NCBI GenBank assembly: GCA_038850285.1
Contig: JAWCMA010000001.1
Location: forward strand, 27,880 to 91,879
DNA length: 64,000 nt
Reading direction: 5' to 3'
Source: Methanocellales archaeon
GTDB taxonomy: Archaea; Halobacteriota; JAWCLZ01
Shown here: piece by piece, positions 36,976-46,053 of the stretch
How the letters are laid out: each line of letters starts with the position of its first letter
How positions within the stretch are numbered: position 1 is the first letter of the stretch
Translations under genes and position numbers: made by a program
The notes under the pieces: generated by a model
What the model was told of the DNA's origin: nothing
The model's database searches: none
What the model saw: only the letters and a program-made list of their open reading frames with translations

Positions 36976-38067
36976 TTGCTGCCGAAAATCTCGGCAATTA
37001 TGAATAGAGAATTAAAACTTAAGCTTCTATGTCAAGGAATGCGAATAGACCCAAGTAGTGGTGTAGGAAAGGGGAGGACAGCTGGAGCTGGGCCATTGGG
37101 GCAGTTCATTATAATAGATGGGCGGGGAATCAATGTTCCAACCAGTGGAGAAGCGGAGAATTCCCCTTTCCTATTGGTGAAAGAGGGGGGAAAGTTAAAG
37201 ATCAAGGCTGAGGAGATAGAGATAGAGGTAAAGCTCCCTGAGCGCGTTAAATATTACAGTCAAATTACCTCAGATGGCATACCAATGAGAATGATAGCCC
37301 TGCGCCACGGAATAGATGTGCTTGCATCCACAGTTTATCAAAAATGCTTGAATTGGGAATATGGTAAAGCATGCAAATTCTGTGCAATTGAAACTTCCTT
37401 AGAAAAAGGTATAACAACGCTCTTAAAAACACCAGCTCAACTTGCTGAAGTTGCAGAGGCTGCTTGGAAAAATGGAGATGCAGTTCACGCAACACTTACA
37501 ACTGGCGTGCCTAATTACGAGGATAGGGGAGCCAAGCTCTTGGGAGAGGCAACAAAGGCTATTAAAAAAGCAGTACCAGAAATGAAAGTGCACGTGCAAC
37601 TAACTCCGCCTTTAAACTATGCTTATTTTGACTACCTCGCTGATTCTGGTGTTGATACCATTGGCTTGCATTTAGAAAGCGCTGATATTGAAGTTTTAAG
37701 CAAAATCTGCCCAGCAAAGGCTGAACTTGGAGTTGAACATTTTTATAATGCAATAAAATACTGCGTTGGTATATTTGGTGAAAACCAAGTTAGCTCTTTC
37801 TTGATCGCTGGCCTGGGAGAAAAGCAAAGTAGTATCTTCAAAGCCTGTGAGCGTCTATCTCAAATTGGCGCTGTTTCCTACATAGTTCCTTTTAGACCCC
37901 TGCCGAGTACGCCTCTCAGAAGCTGGAAAATGCCAAGCTATGAATACATGCACGAGGTCTATGTGGAATGCGGCTTAATTATGAAGCAATATGGCATAAA
38001 GCCTCATAGAAACAAAGCTGGGTGCGTGCGCTGCGGAGGATGCTCTTTAATTCAAGATTATATTTAA
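36976..38067 (+). CDS. Radical-SAM-like Fe-S protein with a non-canonical Cys spacing (Cx8Cx2C); function unknown
   Basis: 363 aa. An N-terminal domain of about 110 aa precedes CLNWEYGKACKFCAIE; the C-terminus ends CVRCGGCS. Confidence 0.4.
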   Translation: MLPKISAIMNRELKLKLLCQGMRIDPSSGVGKGRTAGAGPLGQFIIIDGRGINVPTSGEAENSPFLLVKEGGKLKIKAEEIEIEVKLPERVKYYSQITSDGIPMRMIALRHGIDVLASTVYQKCLNWEYGKACKFCAIETSLEKGITTLLKTPAQLAEVAEAAWKNGDAVHATLTTGVPNYEDRGAKLLGEATKAIKKAVPEMKVHVQLTPPLNYAYFDYLADSGVDTIGLHLESADIEVLSKICPAKAELGVEHFYNAIKYCVGIFGENQVSSFLIAGLGEKQSSIFKACERLSQIGAVSYIVPFRPLPSTPLRSWKMPSYEYMHEVYVECGLIMKQYGIKPHRNKAGCVRCGGCSLIQDYI

Positions 38068-38092
38068 ATCTTTTAACTACATAAAAACGTAT

Positions 38093-38377
38093 ATGGAAAA
38101 ATACAAAGAAAAATACAAAGTTAGAATGAAGCAGGCTGACCTACGTGGAATACCACCTTGCTATCTTAAAAATGCCATCGATGCCATACCATCGATTTTA
38201 AAAGAAATTCTCCACTCAGAGGGCTGCAGGGAAGAGGGAGATAAATTCAAGTTTGGAGGGGGATATGTGAAGATAAGCAGTGATGCAGTTCTTGAAATTG
38301 AAGGATTGAGCCAAACTGAGAAGGAAAAAATATTATCCAAACTTAAGATATTTGAAGTTCAACGAATAGAAACTTGA
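38093..38377 (+). CDS. Hypothetical protein (94 aa)
   Basis: ORF only. Confidence 0.35.
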   Translation: MEKYKEKYKVRMKQADLRGIPPCYLKNAIDAIPSILKEILHSEGCREEGDKFKFGGGYVKISSDAVLEIEGLSQTEKEKILSKLKIFEVQRIET

Positions 38378-38384
38378 GAGAAAT

Positions 38385-39467
38385 CTAGAGAAATTTAAAA
38401 GGCTTTTTAATATACCGCCCTCTTATTAAAATCTCCAAGCCGCATTTTGGGCATTTTTTATCCTCGCCAAGTATATAATCCACAACTTGATATCCAACTC
38501 TAACTATCAAAAGCTCGCCGCAGTTAGGGCAGTAGGTATTTTCATATCTATGTCCGTGAACATTGCCAATGTAGGGATACATTATGCCCTCTTTCTTCGC
38601 AGCTTCATACGCCCTCTCTAAGATTTCAACTTTAGTTGGTGGCTTGCGATAAAGAAATGCAGGATAGTAGCGAGTGAAGTGAATAGGAATATCAGGACCT
38701 GCATACTTTAAATGCTTATGAATTATCTCTTCAATGCAGGCTTCATCGTCATTGACTTCGGTGACAATTAGAAACACAAGTTCTAAATGTAAACCTAGTT
38801 TTTTCGCCTCCATCACATTTCTCCAGATAGCTTCTGCTTTCACTCCTCCGCAGAACTTTTCATAAACTTGAGCATCGCCTTTAATATCGATCTTTAACCC
38901 ATCTAAGCCAGCTTCTTTTAAATTGCGAAGTGCCTCTAAACTCATATAGCCATTGGATACAAAGCAATTGTAGAGTCCTTTTTCTCTAGAGAGCTTGAAA
39001 CAGTCAAGTGCAAATTCATATAGCAAAGTTGGCTCTTGAAAACTTATGCAAAGTCCATTATCGTTTGATCGAAGCGCCATATCAACAATTTCACTTGGCG
39101 AGAAAAACCTAGCTCTTCTTGGATCAGGCTCGGCCTTAGATAGCGAGTGATTCTGACACCATGGACACGAAAAGTTACAGCTCCAAGTGGAAAATGTAAG
39201 CGCTGTGGAGCCAGGGTAGTAGTGGAAAAATGGCTTGATTTCAATGGGCCTGCTCTCCACAGCTGAGATATCTCCGTACACAAGGGTATATAACTCGCCA
39301 TCTAGGTTAACGCGAGTTTTACAATAGCCTTTTCTACCATCGCTGATTTCGCAGCCCCGCATGCAGAGTTCGCATTTAACCTTGCCTTCAGGGAGTTGCT
39401 TGTAGAGTTTAGCTGGCCTCACAACTGGGAAGCTCGAAAGGAGTACCATTATTAATAAAATGGTCAT
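38385..39467 (-). CDS. AmmeMemoRadiSam-system-type radical SAM enzyme (PflA-like activase fold)
   Basis: AKLYKQLPEGKVKCELCMRGCEI..G..GYC..R; radical SAM motif CNFSCPWCQN; C-terminal CPNCG..CPKCG. The true start may be an internal GTG. Confidence 0.65.
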   Translation of the reverse strand: MTILLIMVLLSSFPVVRPAKLYKQLPEGKVKCELCMRGCEISDGRKGYCKTRVNLDGELYTLVYGDISAVESRPIEIKPFFHYYPGSTALTFSTWSCNFSCPWCQNHSLSKAEPDPRRARFFSPSEIVDMALRSNDNGLCISFQEPTLLYEFALDCFKLSREKGLYNCFVSNGYMSLEALRNLKEAGLDGLKIDIKGDAQVYEKFCGGVKAEAIWRNVMEAKKLGLHLELVFLIVTEVNDDEACIEEIIHKHLKYAGPDIPIHFTRYYPAFLYRKPPTKVEILERAYEAAKKEGIMYPYIGNVHGHRYENTYCPNCGELLIVRVGYQVVDYILGEDKKCPKCGLEILIRGRYIKKPFKFL

Positions 39468-39546
39468 TTAAAGCTTATTCTTTTCCTAATTTAAAATCAA
39501 TTTGAGTCAAAATTCTTATTTTTAAGTAAATTTAATTGATAGGTAT

Positions 39547-40380
39547 ATGAAGCAGAAGCTGGAATTCTACAAGCTGCAGGCGAATGGCAATGATTTCATT
39601 TTAATCGATGAATTCAAAGAAATAGTAATTCCTGATGGAGAAAAAGCTAAGTTTGCAGTGAAATACTGCAATAGGAGATTTGGAATAGGTGGCGATGGGG
39701 TTTTATTTCTAGGCAGCTCTGAAATAGCTGATTTAAAAATGCGTCTTTTTCAACAGGATGAATCTGAAGCTGAGATGTGCGGCAATGGCGTGCGGTGCTT
39801 GGTAAAACATGCCATCGATAAAGGCTATGTAAAACTCGGGAGGTGCACTGTTGAGACTTTGGCAGGTGTAATTGCAGTTGAAACGCGAAGAGAACTTGGG
39901 AAAATCTTGGCAAAGGTAAATATAGGCAAGCCTAAATTCGACTGCAAATCCATCCCTGCCCTAGGAGAGGGTGAGTTTTTGGAGAGGGAAGTAGAGGGAT
40001 ATAAGATTTCAGCAGTGAATACAGGTGTTCCTCACGCAGTGATCTTCGTCTCCGATCTCGAGTTTCCAATAAATACAATTGCCCCGAAGATTAGGTATTC
40101 CAAAGTCTTTCCAAAGGGAGCGAATGTTAATTTTGTCAAGCTTGAAGAAAAAAGCCTGAGGATTAGAACATATGAGCGTGGAGTTGAGGATGAAACCCTC
40201 AGTTGTGGAACAGGTGCTGTTGCTAGTGCAGCGATAGCTAATAGACTTGGATTGATTGGAAATGAAGTTGATGTATATACAAAGGGTGGTTTGCTTAGAA
40301 TTTTTCTAAAAGATGGAAATGCATATCTCGAGGGAACTTGCGAAACTGTCTATCGCGGAGAGATTATGGAAAATGTATAA
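39547..40380 (+). CDS. dapF: Diaminopimelate epimerase
   Basis: Catalytic cysteines in MCGNGVRC and SCGTGAVASA. Confidence 0.85.
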   Translation: MKQKLEFYKLQANGNDFILIDEFKEIVIPDGEKAKFAVKYCNRRFGIGGDGVLFLGSSEIADLKMRLFQQDESEAEMCGNGVRCLVKHAIDKGYVKLGRCTVETLAGVIAVETRRELGKILAKVNIGKPKFDCKSIPALGEGEFLEREVEGYKISAVNTGVPHAVIFVSDLEFPINTIAPKIRYSKVFPKGANVNFVKLEEKSLRIRTYERGVEDETLSCGTGAVASAAIANRLGLIGNEVDVYTKGGLLRIFLKDGNAYLEGTCETVYRGEIMENV

Positions 40381-40459
40381 TTTTTTTAGTGTTTTTTCGA
40401 AAGGACAAGATTGACACTTTATTTGACAACTATATCTATATATCAATTGATTTAAATAG

Positions 40460-40765
40460 TTGCAGAAAATAAATTGTAATGGTGAATACCAAATGAAGCC
40501 CGGTGAGATACCGGTAAAGAGTATAGAGTTGAAGAGGGGGAAATTCGAGGTATATAGAGTTGGAAACATGCGATTCGAGCGGTTATCAGACTGCGGAGAG
40601 CCTGGGAAGGACCTGTGGATTGGATTCATCGAGAGTGGCGATAAAGATATACCTGTTTATGCTCGAAAAGGGGAGGGCTTTACATTAGAGGAAATTAGGA
40701 AATGCTGGGAATCAACGGGGAAATTTTTAGATAGCGTTGAGAAAAAAGTTAAGAAGACCAAATAA
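40460..40765 (+). CDS. Hypothetical protein (101 aa)
   Basis: ORF only. Confidence 0.35.
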   Translation: MQKINCNGEYQMKPGEIPVKSIELKRGKFEVYRVGNMRFERLSDCGEPGKDLWIGFIESGDKDIPVYARKGEGFTLEEIRKCWESTGKFLDSVEKKVKKTK

Positions 40766-40863
40766 TTTTAATAAATTTATATTTCTCCCCATTGCTGGAA
40801 AAAGTCTACATTGCTGGAAAAGTCTATTATCCTATAGCTCAATTCTTTTTTCCAAGTGAGAAT

Positions 40864-41841
40864 ATGAAGATGAAAACCCTAATTTTAACTTCTCAAGATG
40901 TGAAGAAAGTAATAAAAATGGAGCAAGTGATTGAAGCAATGGAAGAATGCTTTAGAGAACACGGCTTGGGAAAAACGATTATGCCTGCGAAGGTCTACAT
41001 CAATCTACCGCAATACGCTGGGGATTTCAGAGCCATGCCTAGCTATATTAAAGATGTTGCTGGAGTGAAATGGGTGAATGTTCATTTGAATAATCGAGAG
41101 AAAAATCTCCCAACGGTTATGGCAGTTTATATCTATAGCGATCCAACCACTGGTTTTCCCCTCGCTATAATGGATGGAACCTTGATAACAAGCTATAGAA
41201 CTGGTGCTGGAGCAGCAGTTGCCTCGAAGTACCTCGCGAGGGGGGATTCAAAAACACTGGGCTTAGTGGGCTGCGGTGTTCAAGCTTATACCCAGCTACT
41301 TGCCATCAGCAAGCTCTTTCAACTTGAGGAAGTGAAGATATATGATATCTCAAGTAAAGCAATGGATGAATTCGCAGAGAGAAATAAAGATTTCAACATC
41401 TCTAAAACTTCCCTCAAAAACGCAGTTGCCTGTGATATTGTTTCCACCACTACACCCTCTAGGTCTCCAATTGTGAAACGCGCTTGGATTAAAAAGGGCA
41501 CGCATATAAATGCAATTGGCGCAGACGCACCTGGCAAAGAAGAGCTTGACCCTAAGATTTTGCTCGACGCAAAAGTAGTGGTAGACGACTACGAACAAGC
41601 GTGGCACAGCGGGGAAATCAATGTACCTGCTAGTAAAAAAATCTTGACCCGCAAGGATATCTATGCTTCCCTAGGAGAGATCGTAGCGGGAATTAAAAAA
41701 GGCCGCATTGGTAAAGAGATAACGGTTTTTGACTCAACTGGACTAGCAATTCAAGATGCAGTTACCGCGAGAACTATTTATACTGCTGCGAAGCAGATGA
41801 ATTTGGGAATGGAAGTAGATCTAATTGGGGAGGGCACATGA
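40864..41841 (+). CDS. Ornithine cyclodeaminase/mu-crystallin family protein (possible archaeal alanine dehydrogenase)
   Basis: OCD-family Rossmann motif LGLVGCGVQA. The start was chosen at MKMKTLILT; the ORF-track TTG at 40792 lies inside a tandem duplication. Confidence 0.75.
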   Translation: MKMKTLILTSQDVKKVIKMEQVIEAMEECFREHGLGKTIMPAKVYINLPQYAGDFRAMPSYIKDVAGVKWVNVHLNNREKNLPTVMAVYIYSDPTTGFPLAIMDGTLITSYRTGAGAAVASKYLARGDSKTLGLVGCGVQAYTQLLAISKLFQLEEVKIYDISSKAMDEFAERNKDFNISKTSLKNAVACDIVSTTTPSRSPIVKRAWIKKGTHINAIGADAPGKEELDPKILLDAKVVVDDYEQAWHSGEINVPASKKILTRKDIYASLGEIVAGIKKGRIGKEITVFDSTGLAIQDAVTARTIYTAAKQMNLGMEVDLIGEGT

Positions 41842-42509
41842 TTTATAGAAAATGGCGCCACATTACTAAGTTAGATCCAGATCGAAAGATCACTCAAGGT
41901 GATATCGATAGAATAGCGACTAGTGGCACAGATGCAATAATGATCGGCGGTACTCAGAAAATAACTCCAGCGAAGGTGAAGCGCTTGATATCCATGCTCA
42001 AGAGGCATAAAATTCCTAAAATACTTGAGCCATCGAAGCCAGAAGCAGTATGCTATGAAGATGTAGATGCAGTCTTTGTGCCAAGTGTTATAAATACTCA
42101 AGATATAACTTGGCTGATAGGCAAGCATCGAGAATGGGTGCAGCACTACCAAGTGAGGTGGGAAAAAATCGTACCAGAGGCATATATAGTGCTAAACCCT
42201 GACTCAGCAGTTGCAAATCTCACTAAATCGAGAACAAATCTAAGCAAAGAAGAAGTCGCAGCCTACGCTAGACTCGCGGAGAATTACTTTAAATTTCCAA
42301 TAGTATACATAGAATATAGCGGTAAATATGGAGATCCAGAAGTCGTGAAAGCTGCGAAGGAGAGCTTGAAAAAAGCCGCTTTATTCTACGGCGGGGGGAT
42401 AGCCTCTAGAGAGCAAGCCCTTGAGATGAAGAAATACGCGGATACCATTATAGTTGGAAATGCAGTTTATGAGGCTGGGTTTGAAAGATTCCTTGAGACA
42501 ATAGTTTAA
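41838..42509 (+). CDS. Geranylgeranylglyceryl phosphate synthase (PcrB family)
   Basis: 223 aa with AIMIGGTQ and a C-terminal YGGGI; ATGA overlap with the upstream gene. Confidence 0.75.
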   Translation: MIYRKWRHITKLDPDRKITQGDIDRIATSGTDAIMIGGTQKITPAKVKRLISMLKRHKIPKILEPSKPEAVCYEDVDAVFVPSVINTQDITWLIGKHREWVQHYQVRWEKIVPEAYIVLNPDSAVANLTKSRTNLSKEEVAAYARLAENYFKFPIVYIEYSGKYGDPEVVKAAKESLKKAALFYGGGIASREQALEMKKYADTIIVGNAVYEAGFERFLETIV

Positions 42510-42583
42510 GCTGCTAATTATAAGCTAATTATTAAGCTAAATTAAGCTAATTATTAAGCTAATTTATTAAATATTAAATACCC
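42507..42583. repeat. About 5 imperfect tandem copies of AAGCTAATTATT
   Basis: Read directly: taagctgctaattat aagctaattatt aagctaaatt aagctaattatt aagctaatttatt. Confidence 0.8.
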
Positions 42584-42605
42584 AAAAGCTTTATATTAAT
42601 TTAAG

Positions 42606-43019
42606 ATGAATCCCATTTCCCTTATACCTGCTTTATTCATATTTGCAGTAATTGCAATCTTCATCCTCTTCATAGCTTTAGCTATATTCAGTGCAGCGAA
42701 CTTCGGTGGGTTAATAATGATAGGCCCCATTCCAATTGCATTTGGATCTACAACTGAGGTCACAACTATAGCAATGGTGATTGGACTCCTACTTATCATA
42801 GTTTACTTCCTATTCCTCTTCCTCCTCCGACGTGGAATGGAAAGGGAAATGGAGAAGCCAGAGCAGCTTGAGCGAAGAACAGAGGTCAAGGGAGGGGGCG
42901 TGGTAATGATAGGCCCCATTCCCGTAATATTTGGCTCAGACATGAGGTATGCTTCCTTGGCAATAGCACTAACTATAATTTTAATGCTCCTCGCGCTGAT
43001 ATTGATGTTTGCAATATAG
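42606..43019 (+). CDS. DUF131-family membrane protein with an internal duplication
   Basis: GGLIMIGPIPIAFGS and GGGVVMIGPIPVIFGS repeats flanked by TM segments. Confidence 0.65.
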   Translation: MNPISLIPALFIFAVIAIFILFIALAIFSAANFGGLIMIGPIPIAFGSTTEVTTIAMVIGLLLIIVYFLFLFLLRRGMEREMEKPEQLERRTEVKGGGVVMIGPIPVIFGSDMRYASLAIALTIILMLLALILMFAI

Positions 43020-43092
43020 CTCATTTAATTGCAAGTTTCTTCATTTAATTTTTGCAAGTTTCTTTATACTTGAACTGGTAATTCTATTAACA

Positions 43093-43914
43093 ATGGAGCT
43101 AAAAAGACTTGCAATTGTCACAAAACCTAGCTCGAGAGAAGCAGTTGAAATAGCTAGGAAAATAATAGCTGCATTTGAAGGAAAAGTGGATTTCACTTTA
43201 GACCCAAAAACTGCTCTAGCTCTTGGTATTGCTAAAGGCAAGCCTATTAGAAGGATGGATGTAGATTTAATAGTGGTTATCGGCGGGGATGGCACAGTTC
43301 TGCGCACTCTCCAAAGGCTAATTAAACCAGTTCCAGTGATTGGAATTAACATAGGCGAGGTGGGATTTTTAGCGGATTTGAATCCAGACAATGCTATTGC
43401 AGGGATCAACTCCCTGCTTCAAGGCTTTGAAGTAGAGAAGCGAATGCGCCTAGCTGTTAGCATAAATGAAAGATCACTCCCCCCAGCGGTGAATGAAGCA
43501 GTAATTGTAACAGCTAGACCCGCAAAGATAAGCCATTTTAAACTCTCGATTGATAATCGAAAACTCGATGAATTTCGAGCTGATGGTGTGGTTATAGCAA
43601 CCCCAACTGGCTCAACAGCATATGCAATGAGCGCAGGTGGACCAATAATTGATCCCAGAGTAGATGCCTTTATCATAGTACCACTTGCACCATTTAAACT
43701 CTCAGCTAGACCTTGGGTGGTGCCAGCTGAGAGCGAGATCTCAGTTGAAATACTCCGCCCTGATAAGGAATCAGTTTTGGTTGTTGATGGCCAATTCAAG
43801 CAAATTGTTAGAATGAATGATAAAATCAAATTCACTAAATCAAAATCTCCAGCGTTTTTCGTTAAAACCTCCAAGGATTTTTACTCCAAGGTTAGAGATA
43901 AACTTGTGATCTAG
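43093..43914 (+). CDS. nadK: NAD+ kinase
   Basis: GGDGT motif (VIGGDGTVLR) and NE/D short motif. The start was chosen at MELKRLAIV. Confidence 0.85.
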   Translation: MELKRLAIVTKPSSREAVEIARKIIAAFEGKVDFTLDPKTALALGIAKGKPIRRMDVDLIVVIGGDGTVLRTLQRLIKPVPVIGINIGEVGFLADLNPDNAIAGINSLLQGFEVEKRMRLAVSINERSLPPAVNEAVIVTARPAKISHFKLSIDNRKLDEFRADGVVIATPTGSTAYAMSAGGPIIDPRVDAFIIVPLAPFKLSARPWVVPAESEISVEILRPDKESVLVVDGQFKQIVRMNDKIKFTKSKSPAFFVKTSKDFYSKVRDKLVI

Positions 43915-43962
43915 AGAAATTAATTGTGATCTAAATGGAGAAATTAAAGTAATGTGATCTAA

Positions 43963-44388
43963 ATGGAGAAATTAAAGGCATATTTCGCTGGAGCCATGAA
44001 AGGAGGGAGGAAATATCTTGAGGAATATAAAGCAATTGTAAAACAGCTCCGGGATATGAACATCGATGTGCTCACTCAACATGTGATTGATAATTCACTT
44101 GATCTTGGCTTGACCAAGCAGCAGATCTTCCAACGAGACTTAAAATCCCTTCGAGAGGCGGATTTCGTGGTTGCTGAGGTCTCAATGCCAAGTTTGGGCG
44201 TTGGCTATGAAGTCTGCGAGGCTCTTCATTTAGGGAAGCCAACGCTATGCCTATGCCGTGAAGAGGTCGATCTATCTACATTGATAAATGGAAATCCCTC
44301 TCCCCTCATTAGAATACAGAGATATCGCGATGTTCAAGAATGTGCTTCTATAATAAAGGAATTCATAAGAGAGTTCATCCAACGCTAG
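43963..44388 (+). CDS. Nucleoside 2-deoxyribosyltransferase-like / DNPH1-like protein
   Basis: YFAGAM...DFVVAEVSMPSLGVGYEVCEALHLGKPTL. Confidence 0.55.
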   Translation: MEKLKAYFAGAMKGGRKYLEEYKAIVKQLRDMNIDVLTQHVIDNSLDLGLTKQQIFQRDLKSLREADFVVAEVSMPSLGVGYEVCEALHLGKPTLCLCREEVDLSTLINGNPSPLIRIQRYRDVQECASIIKEFIREFIQR

Positions 44389-44428
44389 ATGGAAAAAGAT
44401 TTATCGCTCTGCACCATCTTAGAAAAAT

Positions 44429-45073
44429 ATGGCTGGCTATCTTGAGAAAATAGAGGAAGCTGCGAAGAAATTCATGGAAAACTCTAAACCAGCTCATGAT
44501 TTTGACCACGTGAAGCGAGTGCTGCGCCTTGTAGAGCGAATAGGTAAAGCTGAAAATGGTGATCTTGAGATTCTACGTGCAGCTGCGTTTCTCCACGACA
44601 TTGGAAGAATAGAGGAGGAAAAAACAGGGGAATGCCACGCTGAAAAAGGAGCACTTCTTGCTAGGAAAATTTTAATGGACTGCGGCTTTCCAGAGAGCAA
44701 GATAGAAGCTGTGCTACACTGTATAGAGAGCCATAGATTCAGGGGCAATTTAAAGCCACATAGCTTGGAGGCAAAAATTCTCTATGATGCTGATAAACTC
44801 GATGCAATTGGGGCAATAGGAATAGCCAGAGCATATTCATTTGGAGGGGAAAGAGGCCAGAAATTATATACCAATAGCACCAAGGTGAATAAATTTGAAT
44901 TGAAAAAACAAATTGATCTAGAGCATACCCCTGTGGTGGAATTCGCTATAAAGCTGGGTAAAATAAAAGAGCACTTGTACACTAAAACAGCGCGGGAAAT
45001 CGCTAGAGGGAGACATAGGTTCATGGTTAAATTTTATGAGCGGTTGCAAAAAGAGGTCGAGGGCGAGCTTTAG
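44429..45073 (+). CDS. HD-domain phosphohydrolase
   Basis: H...HD motif: FDHVKRV...AAFLHDIGR. Confidence 0.8.
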   Translation: MAGYLEKIEEAAKKFMENSKPAHDFDHVKRVLRLVERIGKAENGDLEILRAAAFLHDIGRIEEEKTGECHAEKGALLARKILMDCGFPESKIEAVLHCIESHRFRGNLKPHSLEAKILYDADKLDAIGAIGIARAYSFGGERGQKLYTNSTKVNKFELKKQIDLEHTPVVEFAIKLGKIKEHLYTKTAREIARGRHRFMVKFYERLQKEVEGEL

Positions 45074-45112
45074 CTCGTGGGAAATTTTATATCTAAATAG
45101 TTCTAATTCTGC

Positions 45113-45499
45113 TTGGGTGCAATTGTTTTGACTAGCGAGATATCGCTGGTGAAGGGTGAGGGTAGAACAAAAATTTGCTTGTTAGCTAGAAAAATAGGCA
45201 GAGATTTAATTATAACCATAACAGGTGGGAGAGAGCACGCGGGTGCAATTGGGATTGGGTTATTTATAAATGACAAGGCAACTTCCTCGGTTATAACCCT
45301 TCCAAATCACAGGGAAGATGCAATAGCGAAGCAAGCAGCTGAGGAAATAGCTAAGGAGCTGAGGACAAATACAGTGGTTATAGCAGGTATTCACTTGGAT
45401 AATATTACTAGAGAGGAAATAGATGAAGTGGTAAAGAATTCAAAGACATTAGTCGCTGAACTTATCGCTGAATTTAAGAGAAGGGAGGGGGGAGTTTGA
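45113..45499 (+). CDS. Small protein co-transcribed with ubiX/ubiD (possible LpdD-like prFMN partner)
   Basis: 128 aa with a 4-nt overlap with the ubiX start. Assigned by context only. Confidence 0.3.
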   Translation: MGAIVLTSEISLVKGEGRTKICLLARKIGRDLIITITGGREHAGAIGIGLFINDKATSSVITLPNHREDAIAKQAAEEIAKELRTNTVVIAGIHLDNITREEIDEVVKNSKTLVAELIAEFKRREGGV

Positions 45500-46053
45500 G
45501 AATCGCAGTTGCAATCACAGGTGCAAGTGGAGTGCTATATGGCATTCGATTACTTGAGGTACTTAGAAACCATCGAGAGGTTGAAAGCCATTTTATCGTC
45601 TCCAAAAATGCTAAGCAGATAATTAAGATAGAGAGCAATAAAACCATTGAGGAGATAAAAGCACTGGCGAATTATTCATATGAAGAGGATGAATTACTAG
45701 CACCCATAGCAAGTGGTTCCTTTGAGTTGGATGCCATGGTTATAATACCCTGCAGCATGAAAACCCTAGCTGCGATTGCAAATGGCTATGCAGATAATCT
45801 GATAACTAGAGCAGCTGACGTTTGCCTTAAGGAAGAGCGTAGGTTAATACTCGTGACCAGAGAAACTCCACTTAGCACGATGCACCTTGAGAACATGCTT
45901 AAAGCTAGAAAAGCCGGTGCGATTATCATGCCAGCTTCACCAGCATTTTACATTAAATATGAAAAAGTAGAGGATTTAATTGATTTCATCGTAGGCAGAG
46001 TACTCGATCTTCTCCACCTTGAGCATAGCTTATATAAAAGGTGGGGCGAATGA
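45496..46053 (+). CDS. ubiX: Flavin prenyltransferase UbiX
   Basis: MRIAVAITGASGVLYGIRLL...PCSMKTLAAIANG. Confidence 0.85.
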   Translation: MRIAVAITGASGVLYGIRLLEVLRNHREVESHFIVSKNAKQIIKIESNKTIEEIKALANYSYEEDELLAPIASGSFELDAMVIIPCSMKTLAAIANGYADNLITRAADVCLKEERRLILVTRETPLSTMHLENMLKARKAGAIIMPASPAFYIKYEKVEDLIDFIVGRVLDLLHLEHSLYKRWGE

